Positions 1-11,077 are shown, numbered from the stretch's first letter. The stretch is DNA of 64,000 nt from an uncultured delta proteobacterium (GCA_963727485.1 CAVSGM010000011.1:896001-960000), one strand, 5' to 3'. Notes: a model not told the origin generated them from the sequence alone. Program-made: numbers and translations.

Positions 1-277
1 CGCTCTTGCGGTCCTTGCCCCGCTCGGCCTGGGCGGCGCGCTTCTTGGTCTTGCCGTGCTTCTTGCGCAGGGCCTCGAGCTCTTCGCCCCGGCGGCTCGC
101 CTGCTCGGTGGCCTCGGCGGCCTTCCGGCGGGCGGCCTCCAGGTCCTTGCGGGCCCCCTCGAGCTCGGCGGCGCGGGCGTCGCGCTCGCGGGCGGCGGCG
201 CGCCCGGTGAGGAAGAAGACGACGGCGAGGACGGCGCCGAGGGCGGCGACGGCGATGGCGATGACCGGGGCTTGCAT
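1..277 (-). CDS. Partial CDS (runs off window): N-terminal membrane anchor plus coiled-coil protein
   Basis: Not in the ORF track. Manual translation from ATG 277 (GGAGG upstream): MQAPVIAIAVAALGAVLAVVFFLTGRAAARERDARAAELEGARKDLEAARRK..., open to the window edge with GC-rich third positions. Confidence 0.75.
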   Translation of the reverse strand, partial: MQAPVIAIAVAALGAVLAVVFFLTGRAAARERDARAAELEGARKDLEAARRKAAEATEQASRRGEELEALRKKHGKTKKRAAQAERGKDRKS

Positions 278-363
278 CCGGGCCTCCATACACGAACCGC
301 GGCGGTGCCCTCAAGGGAGAAGGGCAGCCGCCGCGGGGATTGTCGCCTCGGGCGACGCGGGAC

Positions 364-999
364 CTAGGCGGTCTTCCGGCTGGCGGCGGGCTTCTTGCGC
401 CCCTGGCGCTTGAGCCCGTAGTCGTGGCAGAGGCGCCGCATGGTGTGGACCGAGATCCCCAGGATCTCCGCCATGGTCTTGTTGTCCATGCGGTCGAAGT
501 TCGCGAGGACGAAGTTCTTCCGGTCGTCGAGGGGCGGGCGGCCGTGGGCGCTCTCGCTCCCGTCGCGCATCCGGATGCGGACGTAGCCCTCGGCGGCGGT
601 GACCACCTCGCCGAACTTCTGCACCGTGGGGTCGAAGACCCGCTGCCCGACCTTGTACTTCCGGGCCGGATCCACCGCGACCTCCCGGAGCTTGTTCACC
701 CGGGCCGCGGCGGCCTTGAGGCGGGGGAGGCGCTTCTCGGCCACCTCGGGGCTGGCCAACCGGGGCATCGGGCGCACGGGACGGCGGCTGCCGCGGCTGG
801 CCGGGCGGGCCCGGCGGCGGCTGCTGCGCGCGCCACCGGCGAGGTCGACCTCCTCCTCGTCGTCCTTGTCGTCGTCGTCGTCCGCGGCGAGGTTCACGGC
901 GTCGGCGTTCTCGCCGCTGCCGTCGTCATCCTCGAGCCGGGCCCGGATGGTGTTCCACTTGATGCTGTCCTCGTCATAGTCGGGACGCGAAAAAGCCAT
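364..999 (-). CDS. Hypothetical protein: acidic/basic disordered N-terminus, SH3/Tudor-like segment, C-terminal HTH
   Basis: DDDDDKDDEEE tract, Arg-rich tract, YKVGQRVFDP..FGEVV..GYVRIRMRDG, then MDNKTMAEILGISVHTMRRLCHDYGL (HTH pattern). Confidence 0.7.
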   Translation of the reverse strand: MAFSRPDYDEDSIKWNTIRARLEDDDGSGENADAVNLAADDDDDKDDEEEVDLAGGARSSRRRARPASRGSRRPVRPMPRLASPEVAEKRLPRLKAAAARVNKLREVAVDPARKYKVGQRVFDPTVQKFGEVVTAAEGYVRIRMRDGSESAHGRPPLDDRKNFVLANFDRMDNKTMAEILGISVHTMRRLCHDYGLKRQGRKKPAASRKTA

Positions 1000-1181
1000 G
1001 ATTTGTCCACCCCCTAGGGTCACGCCGGGCGAGCGACCACGTGGTGCCGCCCAGGGTGATGTATGGTCACGTATGGTATTTGCTGATGACCAAACTAGAT
1101 CGGCCGTCCGGGGAGATCAAGCGCAAGCGATCGCCCCTGGCCCGGGAGCCCCGGGGGCCCACATCCTGTCCCCGAGACGAC

Positions 1182-1211
1182 GACGGGCCCCGCGTGGTCG
1201 CGGAGCCCGTC
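1182..1211. terminator. GC-rich hairpin just 3' of tRNA-Leu (possible terminator or processing stem)
   Basis: GACGGGCCCCGCG-TGGT-CGCGGAGCCCGTC imperfect inverted repeat; no U-tract. Confidence 0.4.
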
Positions 1212-1221
1212 TCGAGTCTCG

Positions 1222-1308
1222 TGGTGCCCAGGAGAGGACTCGAACCTCCACGGGGTTTCCCCCACTAGAACCTGAATCTAGCGCGTCTACCAGTTCCGCC
1301 ACCTGGGC
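1222..1308 (-). tRNA. tRNA-Leu(CAG)
   Basis: Reverse complement GCCCAGGTGGCGGAACTGGTAGACGCGCTAGATTCAGGTTCTAGTGGGGGAAACCCCGTGGAGGTTCGAGTCCTCTCCTGGGCACCA: acceptor stem, D loop, CAG anticodon, long variable arm, TTCGA, encoded CCA. Confidence 0.98.
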
Positions 1309-1466
1309 AGGCAGCAGGCGCTAGGTACCGGAAGTCACGAGCGATGGCAAGCCCAAGCGACACCCCGTGCGCAGGCGCCCGGATCCGCCCACGCGCGCGC
1401 ACCTGGATCCGCCTGGGGCACGGGCCCCCTTGTACCGATGACGCACCGCGCCGTAGATTGGACCCC

Positions 1467-4400
1467 ATGGTGCGCAGTCCCAGGGAGCCCCGGGCGGTCT
1501 TCGACCGCCTCGTCGCCCACCCGGGTCGCGGAGGGTGCGGCGTGGGGGCCGTGGCCGACCCCGCGGGCCCGAGCCGGGAGGTCCTCACCTGGGCGCTGGC
1601 GGGCCTCGGGTGCATGGAGCACCGGGGCGGCTGCATCGAGCAGACCGGCGACGGAGCGGGCCTGATGGTCCACACGCCCCGGGCCTTCTTCGAGCGCCAC
1701 CTGGCCCCGGGTCGCCACCTCCACCCCGGCGAGCACCTCGCCGTGGGCGTCCTCTTCTTTCCCCCGGGCGAGGAGGGCAACCTCCCGCCGACCCAGCACG
1801 AGAATCGACCACGTGCTCCGCCGCCAGGGCCTCTCGCCGCTGGGCTGGCGCAAGGTCCCGGTGAACGAGGCCGTCCTCGGCGAGGGCGCCCGCCGGAGCC
1901 GCAAGGACGTGTGGCAGGTCCTCATCGGCCAGGGGATGGTCCGGGCGAGCCACCTGCCGCTGGCGCTCTTCCGGGTCAAGGCGCGCCTCGAGGCGAGCTT
2001 CCGCGACCTCTACGTGGCGAGCCTCGCCGCCGACACCGTGGTCTACAAGGCGCTGGCCACCGGTCCCCAGCTCCTGGCCTTCTACCCGGACCTCGCCGAC
2101 CCCGACTTCGTCACCAATCTCGCCGTCTTCCACCGGCGCTACTCCACCAACACCTTCTCCAACTGGTACCTGGCCCAGCCCTTCCGGGTGCTCGGGCACA
2201 ACGGCGAGATCAACAGCATCAAGGCGGTGCGCTCGGCGGTGCGGAACCTCGAGGCGGAGCTCGGGCTCCCGGGGCTGCTCATGCACCAGGGCTCGGACTC
2301 CGCCGATCTCGACCGCATGGTCGAGCTGCTCACCAGCCACGGGATGCCGCTCCTCGAGGCGCTGGTGCGCACGCTGCCGGCGGCCTGGCGTGACGAGCCC
2401 GACGCCCCCCGGGAGATGATCCACTGGCAGGACGCGGTGCGCCGCGCCATGGGGACGCTGGCCGCCTGGGAGGGCCCGGCGGCGGTGGTGGCCAGCGACG
2501 AACGCAACCTGGTGGGCATCCTCGACCGGATGGGCCTGCGTCCCCTGCGCTGGGTGGTCACCCGGCACGGGCGCGTGGTCCTGGGCAGCGAGAATCGGCG
2601 CGGTCCCCGTCCCCGAGGGCGACATCGCCGAGACCGGCCAGCTCGAGCCCGGCGAGGCCTTCGCCGTGGACCTCGACCACGGGCGCGTCCTGCGCCCCGG
2701 CGACGTCGCCGAGGCCATCCTCGAGACCACCGCCCTCGACCACCGCGAGCTCCACACCCGGCGCCTCCACCCCCTGGTCCCCGCCGCCCGGGCGCCCGCG
2801 GGCGACGCCGACGACGCGCCGCCGTCGCGCACCGCCACCCCCGCCGACCGGTGGCTGACCCTCTTCGGCTGGGACGGCGGACGCACCCGGGTGACCCAGT
2901 CCATGGCCAAGGAGGGCAAGGAGCCCCTCTCGTCCATGGGCTTCGACCGGCCCCTGGCGGTGTTCAGCCCCCAGTGCCCGGTCCTCACCAAGTACTTCCG
3001 GCAAATCATCGCCGTGGTCACCAACCCGCCCATCGATCCCATCCGGGAGGGTGGGGCGATGGACCTCTCGGTGTACCTGGGCCGCTCGCCCCTCATCTCC
3101 GAGGACCTCCCCGAGTACTCGGTCCACCCCCAGTACCGCATCGAGCGCCCGGTCCTCTCCGAGGCCGAGCTCGAGACCGTCCGCGCCGGGGGGCCGGACC
3201 GGCCCGTCGCCACCGTGGTCGACGCCACCTACGCCTTCCCCCCGGGCGGCGCCGGGGACCCCCGGGCCATCGCCACCCGCATCGCCGAGCTCACCGAGCA
3301 GGCGGTGGGCGAGGTGCGCCGGGGCCAGGCCGACGTCCTCGTGGTCAGCGACCGCCGGGCCATCGACGGCCTCGACGCCGGCCGCCCGCCGGCGCGCCTG
3401 CCCCTGCCGCTGCTGCTCCTGGTGAGCTTCCTCCACGAGGCCCTCACCGACGTGGGGCTGCGCCGCCAGGCGTCGATCGTGGTGGAGACCGGCGAGGTCC
3501 AGGAGCCCCACGACGTCGCGGTCTACGTCGCCTCCGGCGCCGACGCCGTGTGCCCCTGGCTCTTCCTCGAGGTCTGCCGCACCACCCGCGGCGTGGCCCC
3601 GGCGGAGGGCGAGACCCACGGCCTCGAGGCCCTGGAGCACGGCCTCAAGCGCATCCTCTCGAAGATGGGCACCACCACCCTCGAGGGGTACCGGGGCTCC
3701 CGGCTCTTCGAGGCGGTGGGGGTGTCGCCGACGCTGGTCGACTACTACCTCCCCGGGATCACCTCGCGCCTCGGGGGCATCGGCCTCCGCGACCTCCACG
3801 ACGACGCCCTGGCCCGGGCCGCCCAGGCCGCCGACGCCGACCTGCGCTCGGTGCCCCGCCCCTTGGAGGTGAACGTCTACCGCAAGGAGGTGTGGCACAC
3901 CCTCCAGCAGGTGGCGCGCGGCGACGACCCCGAGGCCTGGCCGCGGTTCCGGGGGCTGGTCGCCGACACCCCGCCGGTCTACCTCCGGGACCTGATGCGC
4001 CTCGAGGCCAGCGGCCCGCCGGTGACCGAGGCCGAGGTGGCGCCGCCGGAGTCGATCGTCGCCACCACCTTCCGGGGCTCGGCCATGAGCCATGGGTCCC
4101 TCCACCGGGTCGCCCACCGGGCCATCGCCGCCGCCTTCAACCGCCTGGGCTCCAAGTCCAACAGTGGCGAGGGCGGCGAGGACCCGAGGCGCGACCGCGG
4201 CGGCGAGTGGGCCCTGGACCGCTCCCGGGTGCGCCGAATCGCCAGCGGCCGCTTTGGCGTCGACGCCCGCTACCTGGTCCACGCCGACGACCTGGAGATC
4301 AGAGATCGGCCAGGGCGCCAAGCCCGGGGAGGGCGGGCACCTCCCGGGGCACAAGGTCACCGCCGAGATCGCCTTCATCCGCAAGACCCGCGAGGGGGTG

Positions 4401-6089
4401 AGCCTCATCTCCCCGCCGCCCCACCACGACATCTACTCCATCGAGGACCTGGCCCAGCTGGTCTACGACCTGCGCCAAATCCATCCCCGCGCCGGGATCA
4501 GCGTGAAGTGCCCCACGGTCACCGACATCGGCACCATCGCCGTGGGCGTGGTCAAGGCCGGCGCCGACGTGGTCGCCATCTCCGGCTCCGAGGGGGGCAC
4601 CGGCGCCGCCGCGGCGAGCTCCATCGAGCACGCGGGGCTGCCTTTGGAGCGCGGGCTGGCCGAGGTGCACCAGGCGCTGGTGGTCAACGGCATCCGCCAG
4701 GGGGTGGTGCTGCGCGTCGACGGGGGCATCAAGACCGGTGACGACATCGTCAAGCTCCTCGCCCTCGGCGCCGACGAGGTCAGCCTGGGGACGGCGCTGA
4801 TGATCGCCGAGCAGTGCACCTTCTGCCACGGCTGCGCCAAGGGCAACTGCCCGGCGGGCATCACCACCCAGAGCGACGAGGTGGCCAAGCGCCTGATGAA
4901 GCTCAAGGGCGCCGACGCCAAGAAGGCCGCGCCCCAGCCGGTGATGGCGCTGGCCGCCATCCAGAACCCCGACGACGACGAGGAGATGCGCTACCAGGAC
5001 GCCACCGCGGCGGTGGAGCGCTACCTCCTGGCGTTGGCCGGCGACGTGCGCCGGACCCTGGCGCGCCTGGGCCTCAAGACCCCGGCGGAGCTGGTGGGCC
5101 GCGTGGACCTCCTGCGCCAGGCGCCCACCGGGAGCGCGCGCACCGACACCGTCGACCTCTCCGAGCTCCTGGTCGACCCCAAGGCCTTCGACGGCAAGCG
5201 CCAGCCCCTGGCGCGGATGGCGGTCTCGGCCCTCCCCGGCGACCGCGAGGCCCCGAGCCCGGCGAACGCCCGGATCCTCGAGGTCGTCGCCGCCGGCGTC
5301 GCCGAGACCGAGGCCGGCGCCCGCATCGGCCCGGTGGAGGTGGACCTCGGGATCCACGCCACCGACCGGGCGGTGGGGGCCACCCTCGCCGGCGAGATCG
5401 CCGCCGGCCGTCTCGCGGTCCCCGAGCACGGCATCCACCTGCGCCTCACGGGCAACGCCGGCCAGGCCCTGGGCTTCGGCCTCGTCGACGGCGTGCACCT
5501 CGACCTGGTGGGCTACGCCAACGACACGGTGGGCGAGGCCATGAGCGGCGGGCGCATCCTGGTGCGCCGCCCGGACGGCGTCCCCCGGGACGGCGGGCCG
5601 CGCACCGGCTCGGTGGCGGGCAACGCCGTGGGCTACGGGATGACCGGTGGCACCCTCTTCCTCGAGGGGCGCTGCGGCCAGCGCCTCGGGGTGCGCATGA
5701 GCGAGGGCGTCATCGTCTGCGAGGGCGCCGGGAAGTACGCCTTCGAGTACATGACCGGCGGGGTGGGGGTGGTCCTCGGCTCCACCGGCGCCCAGGCCTG
5801 CAGCGGGATGACCGGCGGGGTCGTCTACCTCCTCGAGGAGGTCGGGTCGAAGGCGCGGGTGAACCCCGACGCCGAGGCCGTTCCCCTCGAGGACGCCGAC
5901 GTGGCCCACCTCGAGGCCCTCCTCGGCGCCTTCGCCGAGGCCACCGGCTCCCGGCCGGCGCGCCGGCTCCTCGACGGCTGGCCCGAGGCGGCGTCGCGGT
6001 TCCTCAAGTTCGTGCCCCGGCACTCAGCCGCCGCTCCGGCTCTGACCGGCACGGGGAGCGTCACCCAGTGGGCGCGGTCCCGGCGCTGA
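1467..6089 (+). CDS. gltB: Glutamate synthase large subunit; three +1 frameshifts (~1803, ~2593, ~4302), probably sequencing errors
   Basis: CGVG amidotransferase start, HRG..GDGAG, HRRYSTNT, HNGEIN, VTNPPIDPIRE, SNSGEGGED, GQGAKPGEGGHLPG, SPPPHHDIYSIEDLAQL, [3Fe-4S] CxxCxxCxxxxCPAGITT, C-terminal YMTGG repeats. About 1540 codons after correction. Confidence 0.93.
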
Positions 6090-6213
6090 CCTGACGCAGG
6101 GACCGCTTACAGGCCTGTGGGCGGCGAGCGCACCCGCTCCCACATGCGCTAAGACGGCGGAGCACGGATCCGACACCCCCGCGACAGGTGAACGAATCCA
6201 TCGCCATTGGGAG

Positions 6214-7501
6214 ATGGCCATGAAGCTGAAGACCCTCGTTTCGAATCCTCGGCGGCACCCTGCTCGCGTGCGCCGGCTGCGGCACCGGCGCCCAGGTCGC
6301 CGGCGGCCCCGTGGTGGCCAGCAGCGCCGCCGCCCTCTCCTCGGCGTCGGCGCCGGTGTGCCCCGGCCCGGCCCGGCCCGGCTCGGCCCGGTGCAACGCC
6401 TGGGTGCGCCTGAACACCGCCGGTCTCCCCTTCGCGCAGCCCGCCAAGGGCCCGGGGAACGGTCACGGTCCCGGCGGTGGTGGCGGCGGCGGCGGTGGCG
6501 GGACCCCGCCGCCCCCCTCGAGCGGGCTGAGGCCGGCGGACCTCCAGGCGGCCTACGGGCTCCCGTCGGCGACGGCGGGCGCGGGCCAGACCCTCGCCAT
6601 CGTCGACGCCAACGACGACCCCAACGCCGAGTCCGACATGAACGCCTACCGGGCCGCCTTCGGCCTCCCGGCGTGCACCACGGCGAACGGGTGCTTCCGC
6701 AAGGTCAACCAGAACGGCGTCCAGGGGAGCTACCCCCGCAAGGACGGTGGCTGGGCCCTGGAGATCTCCCTCGACCTCGACATGGCGAGCGCCGTCTGCC
6801 CCAACTGCAACATCCTCCTGGTCGAGGCGGACTCGGCGAGCATGGCCAACCTGGGCACCGCGGTGAACACCGCCGTGGCCCTCGGCGCCACCGTGGTGAG
6901 CAACAGCTACGGCGGCGGCGAGTACTCGGGTGAGGTCCAGGACGAGCTCACCTACTTCGACCACCCGGGCGTCGCCATCACCGTGAGCTCCGGCGACAAC
7001 GGCTACGGCGTGGAGTTCCCCGCAGCCTCGCAGTTCGTCACCGCCGTCGGCGGCACCTCGCTGACCACCGCCTCGGGCGCCCGCGGCTGGGCCGAGACCG
7101 CCTGGAGCGGCGCCGGCAGCGGCTGCAGCCAGTACGTGGCCAAGCCGAGCTGGCAGACCGACACCGGCTGCGCGGGCCGCACCGTCGCCGACGTCTCCGC
7201 GGTGGCCGACCCCAGCACCGGCGTCGCCGTCTACGACAGCGTCAAGTACCAGGGGCAGTCGGGGTGGTTCGTGGTCGGCGGCACCAGCGCCTCGGCGCCC
7301 ATCATCGGCGCCGTCTACGCCCTGGCGGGGAACGCCTCGAGCCTCACCTACGGCTCGGCCCCGTACTCGGGGACGAACCTCCTCAACGACGTGACCTCCG
7401 GGAGCAACGGGAGCTGCGGGGGCAGCTACCTGTGCACCGCGACCAGCGGCTTCGACGGCCCCACGGGCCTCGGCACCCCGGACGGCACCGGCGCCTTCTA
7501 G
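6214..7501 (+). CDS. S53/S8-clan serine peptidase lipoprotein (frameshift ~6244)
   Basis: EISLDLD, SNSYGG, SSGDNG, DVSAVAD, GGTSASAP. Removing one base gives the signal KLKTLVSILGGTLLACAGC (lipobox). Confidence 0.85.
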
Positions 7502-7603
7502 GGCGCGTCTAGGCGCAATCGGTGCGGGTTTCCAGGGTCCGGTCCCGCATGGGGCCGGGCCCTGAATTTGGTCTCGCCGGATTTCCAGGTAACATGGGAT
7601 GCA

Positions 7604-9223
7604 GTGAAAACATGCAGCCCACGCAGACGCGTCTGCGGGGCGGCGGTTCTCCTGCTCGTGTCGGCAGGTTGCGTTGACGCGGTATCACAGCGTCCGTCCC
7701 TCGCATCGACCGCTTCGGAGCTGACGGCTTCGGCGGCACGTCACCGGTCCACCCCGGCCACGCCGGCCGGGTCCGGGTCCCGGAGCCAGGCGGCGACGGC
7801 CTCGTCGCCGGACGCCGCGCCCGAGGCCTCCGGCGCGGTGTCGGCGACCGGGGACGATGGCCTGACCGTCCCCGGCACCGACGACGGTGCGGCGCCCGCG
7901 CGGCGCCACCTCGCCGGCCCGTCCCTCGACGAGTGGAGACCCCGCTTCCGCCCCGTTCACCCGAAACCCCAGGGGGCCTACCCGGACGTCGCGGTGGTCA
8001 CCGACGACCAGGTGGCCATCTACCCGGCGGCCGCCGAGCGGCACCAGGTGGGCCTGGCGCGCCTGGGCAACCGCCTCCCGGCGCGGCCCACCGGCCACAG
8101 GTGCGACGACGGCCGGTGGTACCGGGTCCCGGGCCACGGCTACGTGTGCTCCGGCGACGGCCTCCACGTGGAGAAGCGCCCCCTCGACGGCCCGGTCCTC
8201 AATCGCGCCGACCGCAAGCGCCTCCCGCGGATCAACCGGCCCGACCCCTTCCGCTACGGGAAGGCCAAGGACGGCGGCCCGCCCCGCTTCGACCGCCTGC
8301 CCACGCGCCACGAGCTCGAGGCCCTCGACACCGGCGACGATCCGCCGGCGGGCCTGGTGCAGACCTGGATGAAGGGGGCCTACTGGCTGGCCCTGGCGCG
8401 GAAGGTGAAGGTCGGCGGCGTGCCCCTCTACGAGACCGTCGCCGGGCGCTTCGTCCGGGTCGACGACCTCAAGACCCGGCCCACGCCGCCGATGCACGGC
8501 GTCCACCTCGGACACGGCCGCGGCCTCCCCATGGCCTTCGCCTTCCACCCGACGCAGCTCTTCTGCCCCCGGGACGGCGACCTGGTCCTCTGCGGCACCG
8601 TGGACAAGCACGCGCGGTTCAAGCCCGAGGGGGTGAAGACCGTGGACGGCGAGGACTACGTGGTCACCGGCCTCGGCGACATCCCCCGCGGCGACGTGCG
8701 CATCGCCCGGCGCATCTCCCGGCCCAAGGGCGTCGGCGCCGGGGAGCGGTGGATCCACATCGACCTGTCCGAGCAGACCCTCACCGCCTACCAGGGCGAC
8801 ACCCCGGTGTTCGTGACCCTGGTGTCCACCGGGCGGCCGGGCCACGACACGGTGCGGGGCCTGTTCCGGGTGCAGCGCAAGTACGTCACCAAGACCATGC
8901 GCGGCGCCGACGCCGACGGGCCCTACGACGTCCAGGAGGTGCCCTGGACCATGTACTTCCACGGGAACTACGCGGTCCACGGGGCCTACTGGCACGACAT
9001 CTTCGGCCACACCAAGAGCCACGGCTGCGTCAACGTCCCCCCGGCGGACGCGCGGTGGCTCTACTACTGGAGCTCGCCCCACCTGCCCAAGGGGTGGTCG
9101 GCGATGCTCGGGGTGAAGGGCACCCACGTCTACGTCGACGGCCACACCCCGCCGGGGCAGCCCCCCGACGCCGATGACGCGCCCCCGACCTCGAAGGATC
9201 ACGGCGAGGTGGCCGGTGGGTGA
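7604..9223 (+). CDS. L,D-transpeptidase (YkuD domain), probable lipoprotein; start uncertain
   Basis: WIHIDLSEQTL, VSTG, HGAYWHDIFGHTKSHGCVN catalytic motif; LVSAGC lipobox. Confidence 0.9.
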   Translation: MKTCSPRRRVCGAAVLLLVSAGCVDAVSQRPSLASTASELTASAARHRSTPATPAGSGSRSQAATASSPDAAPEASGAVSATGDDGLTVPGTDDGAAPARRHLAGPSLDEWRPRFRPVHPKPQGAYPDVAVVTDDQVAIYPAAAERHQVGLARLGNRLPARPTGHRCDDGRWYRVPGHGYVCSGDGLHVEKRPLDGPVLNRADRKRLPRINRPDPFRYGKAKDGGPPRFDRLPTRHELEALDTGDDPPAGLVQTWMKGAYWLALARKVKVGGVPLYETVAGRFVRVDDLKTRPTPPMHGVHLGHGRGLPMAFAFHPTQLFCPRDGDLVLCGTVDKHARFKPEGVKTVDGEDYVVTGLGDIPRGDVRIARRISRPKGVGAGERWIHIDLSEQTLTAYQGDTPVFVTLVSTGRPGHDTVRGLFRVQRKYVTKTMRGADADGPYDVQEVPWTMYFHGNYAVHGAYWHDIFGHTKSHGCVNVPPADARWLYYWSSPHLPKGWSAMLGVKGTHVYVDGHTPPGQPPDADDAPPTSKDHGEVAGG

Positions 9224-10109
9224 CGCCCTGCTCCGGGGGCTGCGGCCCCTCCTCGAGGGGAGCGACCGGCTCCTCGACCGGGTGAGCGCCGCCACCGGCG
9301 ACGCCTCGCGGACGGTGAAGTACCTCGCCGGCCGCGCGCGCTTCGTCCCCCGGGCGAGCGACGTCTACGTCGCCAGCTACCCGCGCTCGGGGACCACCTG
9401 GACCCAGCTCATCGTCCACCTCCTGGTCACCGGCGCCACGGGCCTCGACTTCGATCACCTCTCGGAGGTGTCGCCCTGGTTCGAGCAATCGCTGGCCTGG
9501 CGCACGGGCGCCGCCGACGCCTTCGCCCGGCTCCCGGCGCCCCGGGTGTTCAAGACCCACCTGCCGTACCGGTGGCTCCCGGGCTCGGGGCGCTGCCTCC
9601 ACGTGGTGCGGGACCCCGGCGACGTGGTGGTCTCCTACTACCACCTCTACCGGCGCTACCTCGGGTGGGCCCTGCCCTTCGACGCCTTCTTCGAGCGCTT
9701 CCTCGCCGGCGAGGTCCAGTACCGCTCCTACTTCGACCACCTCGCCGGGTGGCGTGCGGCCCCGGAGGGGCGGGTCCTCGAGGTCTCCTACGAGGCCCTG
9801 CGCGCCGACCCCGCCTTCGGGGTGCGCCGCATCGCCTCCTTCCTCGAGGTGCCGGTGGACGACGCCCGGGTGGAGGCGGTGGTCGACCTCACCGGCTTCG
9901 AGCGGATGAAGGCCGAGGAGCACAAGCTCGACCACCTCGGTGAGCTCGCCCGCCAGCGCGGCGCCACCGGCGGGACCTTCGTCCGCGCCGGGCGGGTGGC
10001 CCGGGGCGCGGGCACCCTCTCCGACACCCAGCGCGCCGCCCTCGATCGGGCCCTCGCCGGGGCCCGCCGCCCGAGGCCGAAGTGGCACCTCCCGGCGTTC
10101 CTCCACTGA
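9216..10109 (+). CDS. PAPS-dependent sulfotransferase
   Basis: 5'-PSB loop SYPRSGTTW, FKTH, 3'-PB VRDPGDVVVSYY, YEAL, FVRAG. Overlaps the upstream gene. Confidence 0.9.
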   Translation: MGDALLRGLRPLLEGSDRLLDRVSAATGDASRTVKYLAGRARFVPRASDVYVASYPRSGTTWTQLIVHLLVTGATGLDFDHLSEVSPWFEQSLAWRTGAADAFARLPAPRVFKTHLPYRWLPGSGRCLHVVRDPGDVVVSYYHLYRRYLGWALPFDAFFERFLAGEVQYRSYFDHLAGWRAAPEGRVLEVSYEALRADPAFGVRRIASFLEVPVDDARVEAVVDLTGFERMKAEEHKLDHLGELARQRGATGGTFVRAGRVARGAGTLSDTQRAALDRALAGARRPRPKWHLPAFLH

Positions 10110-11077
10110 TGATCGAGACCCTGCCCCGACCCGCCGCCAGCTGGCTCACCCGGGCCGCCGAGTGCGCCCGCCAGGAGCCGCTCATCGACACCCGCATGTC
10201 CCTGGCGAGCCTCCGCCGCGCCGACGCCTGCCGGCCCCCGCGGGTGGTGTACCTGGGCATCGGGCTCGCCTTCCGGGACGCCCTGTCCCAGGGGGTGCCC
10301 GTGGATCTGCTCGGGGTGGTCCTCCCCGCCGAGGCGGTGCGCCGGGCCATCGGCGCCGAGCGCCTGGTGGTCCTCTTGGCCGACCGCCACGCCACCGCCA
10401 ACGGCTTCCACGAGCGGGACGTCGCCGACCGGGCGCGGGCGGTGGAGGCGGTCCTCGACCGGGCCCGCGTCGACTGCGGCCTCGAGGGCCTCGAGGTGGT
10501 CCGCGCCTCGGCGTTCCATGGGTCGGCGGCCTACCGCGACGCCCTCGCCGAGGTGCGGCGCCGGCGTCCGGGCCTCCACGAGTACGTGGCCCGGCAGCTC
10601 GCCGACGCCCTCTGCCTCGACCGGCGCCACGGGGGGCTGCTCAAGGTGGGCTGGGCCCTGCGCGGGGCCGAGTCGCGCCGGCGCCGGGACGAGCTGGCCT
10701 TCGACCGGGAGCTCCGGACGGTGGCCGGGGAGCGCATCGCCTTCGTCTACTGCAAGCCCGGCCGCGCCCTCTCCGACGAGGCGCCCCGGGTGCCGCCCTA
10801 CGCGGTCCGCCGCCCGGGGGCGCGTCTCTGCCTCGACCGCCCCGAGGACGCCCGGGCCAAGCTCAAGGCCGGCTGGCTCCGGGCCTCGGCCCAGACCGTT
10901 CGCGCCTGCCGCCGCCACCTCCGGGCGCTCCTCTACACCTACGACCGCCTCGCCGAGCCCCTGCCCCGGGGGCCCCTGGAGCGACGGATGGACGCCCTCA
11001 TCGACCGCCTCGGGCCTGACGACGAGGCGGGCGCGGGGGTCCCGGATCCCGAGCCGCCCGAGCGGGCCACCGGCTGA
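10109..11077 (+). CDS. Hypothetical protein, class Ic aaRS (TyrRS/TrpRS)/CDPS-like Rossmann fold suspected
   Basis: TGATG coupling with the sulfotransferase. Motif order VYLGIG, VVLLADRHA, VVRASAF, YVARQLAD, DELAFD parallels the TyrRS catalytic domain. No HIGH or KMSKS. Confidence 0.55.
   Translation: MIETLPRPAASWLTRAAECARQEPLIDTRMSLASLRRADACRPPRVVYLGIGLAFRDALSQGVPVDLLGVVLPAEAVRRAIGAERLVVLLADRHATANGFHERDVADRARAVEAVLDRARVDCGLEGLEVVRASAFHGSAAYRDALAEVRRRRPGLHEYVARQLADALCLDRRHGGLLKVGWALRGAESRRRRDELAFDRELRTVAGERIAFVYCKPGRALSDEAPRVPPYAVRRPGARLCLDRPEDARAKLKAGWLRASAQTVRACRRHLRALLYTYDRLAEPLPRGPLERRMDALIDRLGPDDEAGAGVPDPEPPERATG

Noticed and set aside
1000..1308. tRNA-Leu as an integration site (GTGGTGCC echo near 1041)
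   Set aside because: Match is only about 9 bp; no integrase or island signature.
1467..6089. gltB and other split genes as pseudogenes or programmed frameshifts
   Set aside because: Motifs intact, no in-frame stops, no slippery heptamers; breaks sit mostly at GATC or homopolymers, as expected for read errors.
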